Of a DNA stretch of 64,000 nucleotides, positions 60,599 to 64,000 are shown piece by piece. The stretch lies in NCBI RefSeq assembly GCF_018350175.1, contig NC_058368.1:204788001-204852000 (forward strand). Direction: 5' to 3'. This DNA comes from Felis catus (taxonomy: Eukaryota). The notes beneath the pieces are model-generated. The model was not told where the DNA came from and did no database searches. It saw nothing but the letters and a program-made list of their open reading frames with translations. Each line of letters opens with the position of its first letter. Positions within the stretch are counted from its first letter, which is position 1. The translations under genes and the position numbers were made by a program.

Positions 60599-61026
60599 AG
60601 AATGATAGGAGATCAGGAACTGGAATCCAGATCCTAAGTACTATTGTTTCCAGTGGGTCTAGAATTCACAACAAATTCTCTTATGTACATAGATATGTAT
60701 TGTCTTTTCTATCATTACAGGGAAAAAAGGCATCCAGGTAAGTGTGTGTGTGTGTGTTTGTGTGTTTGCATGTGTGTATGTGTATACACATCCCAGTAAA
60801 GAAATTAAATAGGCACATCCCAGTAAAGAAATTACATATTTCAATAATAATGATCACATATAATGGTAAGAAAAACATCAGCCAAATGAAATCTTGTATT
60901 GTTTATGTGGCTAAAAAAATCACTTACCAAGATATTAACAATCAAGGATAAAAGAAGAATGAAAAACCACAAAAGGGGTAAACTCATGCTGGTATATCAG
61001 TCATGAAGGATCTTGTGGGGGATGAG

Positions 61027-61028
<2 letters not shown>

Positions 61029-61060
<32 letters not shown>
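61029..61060. repeat. (AC)16 microsatellite
   Basis: Read directly. Confidence 0.97.
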
Positions 61061-61063
<3 letters not shown>

Positions 61064-61439
61064 GTTTATATCAGTGCTTGGCCTAGGAGTTCCAATCTAT
61101 CTGCTGGTTAATATAGATAACTACTTAGTTTCATCAAAGCTTGCAGGATATGTGGATTCTACCCTGTGATAGCCAGTCTCAGCTTTGCATTGGCACTGTG
61201 GCTTCTGCTGTTCTCGTCTCCTACCCAAACTTCCCCACCTGTTCCTCTGCTAAACAATTCTGGATGCAAGAGTATTAAAAGTGAGGTATGGGGATTGTGC
61301 GGAGATACGCTGATGATTAAACATTCATTAAAGTAAAGTTGAATGATTTTACTATGAGTATAGTACCAGGAGACTTAATTTCATTTCCCATGAAAGTTAT
61401 AATTTATTACTCAGAAGACTAAACAATCACTGCATGGGG

Positions 61440-61640
61440 GTAGCATAGCACATTAAAGGAACCCACAAGGGCTTGCGGTCAGCCACACCTGAGTTCTAGT
61501 TCTGGCTTTGCCCCTTGCTGAGTGACGTACCACGGTCTTCTCAAACTCTCTTGACCTCAGTGCCTCGTGGGTAAAAGAGAGCTACTTCAGGTATCTCACA
61601 GGATCTCAAAGGGATGCAAGGTGAACACATCGCTGCCTAA
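61440..61640 (+). mobile_element. MIR
   Basis: tagcatagcacattaaag...cctgagttctagttctggctttgcc...gacctcagtgcctc. Confidence 0.6.
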
Positions 61641-62125
61641 GTGTCCATTACACTGTAAATGCTGAATTCGCATCAGTACCTCTTATCTGGTGACTGGAGG
61701 CTTCTAAACTGTAAGGATTAAAAAAAAAAAACTTTCTTTCCTTGCAAGATTTGAGAAACCCAAAGATTAGGAGAGGTAGGGATGAACCACCTTCTTTGGC
61801 AAGAGGTGGAATTTGGATAAATGATAGAAGAAAGAACTGGGGAGAAAGAGGCAAAAATATCCCAAGGATAATCTTTTCCTGGTAGATTTCTGAAACCTGG
61901 AAAAAACCCATAAAGAGATGCAGGGGTCTTCATAAGGCTCTGCTCTCAATGTAAGTTGTGTGTCAACAGTGTCCAAACAGCTTGAGGCTATCCTAATGAT
62001 TTCTCTCATAGCTGTGGTCTGTGGACACCCCTGTGGGGACTGCGTTGACTCCCTGTGAGCTCACCTGTTTAGACTGGTCAACCCCTGGTGCTCGCATTTA
62101 AATATTTTGCTGCTTGTCAGCACCT

Positions 62126-62140
62126 CCACTAGAGGGCAGC
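62126..62140 (+). promoter_or_regulatory. CTCF core motif CCACTAGAGGGCAGC
   Basis: Exact match to the CCASYAGRKGGCRSY consensus in non-repeat DNA. Confidence 0.65.
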
Positions 62141-62719
62141 AGGTGGAAAGAAGAGGATGTCAACATGGATTATTAATGTAGACACTTGGCAATAATAGCT
62201 GTCAAGGTGGGGTGCCAAGCACTAGGGGTACAAGGGGACAAGTTAATGGAGTGGAAAAGATGAGAGCCTGGGTAATTATTGGTTTTCCGTTTCTAAGTGA
62301 AGCCATGGGTAGCAGGAGAAGGAGTTCAGCATTAGTAGGAAGTTGGAGCAAGATTTCCCAAACCCATAATTTTTAGATTCATGTTCAAAGTTTTCCTAGA
62401 ACAAACACAAACATATAACATTAAAATAAATTTCAAATCACTCTAGATCTTCTGCATTAGATTCTCTAGGTATAAAGTTTATGAATCTGTATTTTTCAAA
62501 AACTTCCCAGCTTATTCTGAGTAATAGCCACGATCGGTTCCCTAAGGATGTCGGAGGTCCCTTCCAACTCTCAGAAGACTAATTTCACTAACAACAAATA
62601 TGCCTAAAGCAACCTTGAAAATAATGGTAACTTGTGTATCCCTCTAGTAACCTGTTTTTAGAGACAAAAGGGGCAGAAGTAACTGAAATTGCTAGTGTGG
62701 ACCACCATTTACAGTTTTC

Positions 62720-62880
62720 AGAGTGCTATGACAGACACATTCTTCCTCAACCTTTTAATCCTCACAACAAGACTGTAAATAAAAAGATTTTAAAACCCTG
62801 CTTACAGTTAGGGAAACCAAGTTCTAGCTAGGCTGCCTTATGGTGGTAAGTCTAGACACAGTGCCTGTTGACTACAGTTC
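62720..62880 (-). mobile_element. MIR
   Basis: tttaatcctcacaacaa...cttacagttagggaaaccaag. Confidence 0.55.
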
Positions 62881-63389
62881 ATTCTGTTCCATCAGAGTGC
62901 TGTGCCTTTTCAGTTCTGTTCTTGACCTGGATTTACCATCTTTTATCAAATGATTTAGTGGAACTCTAAGAATGATGGCCAAGTCTAAGTTATATTCAGA
63001 AGAGAAATGGAGACAGTCTTAAGAGAGAGCTGGGATGGCAAGGCCAATCGACCATCTCTAACTGTGTCTTCCGGAGCTCTAGGAAACAGAAAGAAGTGAA
63101 CGGTGACAATATGTGAGCGAGAAAGATGGATGAGGGTACATGAATCAGAGCCCATGCTTCTGTGGTTGGCCTGCCACATGAAAGAGCAGAATGATTTCAT
63201 AGAGGCCTTATCTCAATCTAATTCATACACTTCAAAATCTTTCTGCTACTGACCTTTCTGTCAAGAGGGTGCCATTCTGCATGCACCTAAAGACATTTCC
63301 AAATTTTCAATGTTTCAAAATAGATTTTCAAGTGGATTCCACCAACTAGGTCACTTGCTCTCAAAGCGATCTATGGAAGAATGCACAAT

Positions 63390-63485
63390 GGAACAGGAGT
63401 TTGCATGTTGGCCCCACTCCTGCCAGTAACTGCTGGAATCTTGGGGAAGTCACTTAACCCTTTTGGGCCTGGGCTTCCTCTCCAA
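63390..63485 (+). mobile_element. MIR core
   Basis: cttggggaagtcacttaacccttttgggcctgggcttcctc. Confidence 0.65.
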
Positions 63486-63769
63486 TAACCAGACAGAGGG
63501 CTGGTGCTGCAGATTCCAGACAGACCATGAGAATAAGTTTAGTGTCAAATGATTTTAGATTGGTGTCTAACATTTAAAACCAAGGAGATGCATATAAAAT
63601 ATTGATGGCCAACCTTGGGGAACACTCCAACAAGGAACAAATGAAATGGTTTCCTATGGCCCCTTCCAACGTATTAGACAATTATTTTTTACTATTACAG
63701 TCTTTCATCTGCCTCACCCACCCACATACCCTCTGCAAACACCTCCTCCCCCCGCCTTCCCCCCCTCCC

Positions 63770-63892
63770 CACACTCCTCCTGTGAAGGAAAGCCCCAGGA
63801 CAGTAGGAGTTTTTATCTTTCTTGTTCACTGAGGCACTCCAATGGTGCCTGGCACCTAGTTGGTGCTCAAAAAATATTTGTTGAATGAATTC
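63770..63892 (+). mobile_element. L2 3' terminus
   Basis: cttgttcactg...gtgcctggcacctagttggtgctcaaaaaatatttgttgaatgaat. Confidence 0.85.
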
Positions 63893-64000
63893 ATGGTAGC
63901 TTTGTGAAAAGTATAGTTTTTGTTTTCAAATGAGGGAAGCTAAAGACAATCCACTCAATCCAGAAATAAGACACGAATATATCTAATAAATTCCTGATTT

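Noticed and set aside
1..64000. Inferring a host gene strand from TE orientation
   Set aside because: The signals conflict (L1s mostly minus, LTRs mostly plus), so no host gene or strand can be supported.

Overview
Mammalian, specifically cat-family (Felidae), genomic DNA. The diagnostic is about 19 tRNA-derived Can-SINEs, six of them near-consensus young felid SINEC_Fc-type copies with intact target-site duplications (TSDs). The rest is a typical eutherian repeat landscape: L1, L2, L3/CR1, MIR, MaLR and LTR16 solo LTRs, hAT MITEs and microsatellites. I recognise no protein-coding exon, structural RNA gene, NUMT, CRISPR array or viral gene. The ORF track is largely explained by SINEs, microsatellites, L1/L2 and chance, so the window looks intergenic or deep-intronic and I cannot name the locus. 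I found no convincing new biological system. Best leads: (1) a heavily decayed RTE-clade (L4-like) reverse-transcriptase fossil at about 47.0-48.4 kb, split by a MER63B-like MITE and invisible in the ORF track; (2) a CpG-retaining module at 54.2-54.8 kb with a perfect DR2 nuclear-receptor element and a 67-bp Z-DNA tract; (3) a candidate minus-strand TATA/MEF2 promoter with a first-exon donor at 58.35-58.5 kb; (4) a perfect 18-bp-arm palindrome beside a G-quadruplex at 6.0-6.2 kb; (5) a consensus CTCF site at 62.1 kb. Repeat family names come from recalled consensus sequences, not a database search, and boundaries of old repeats are approximate.
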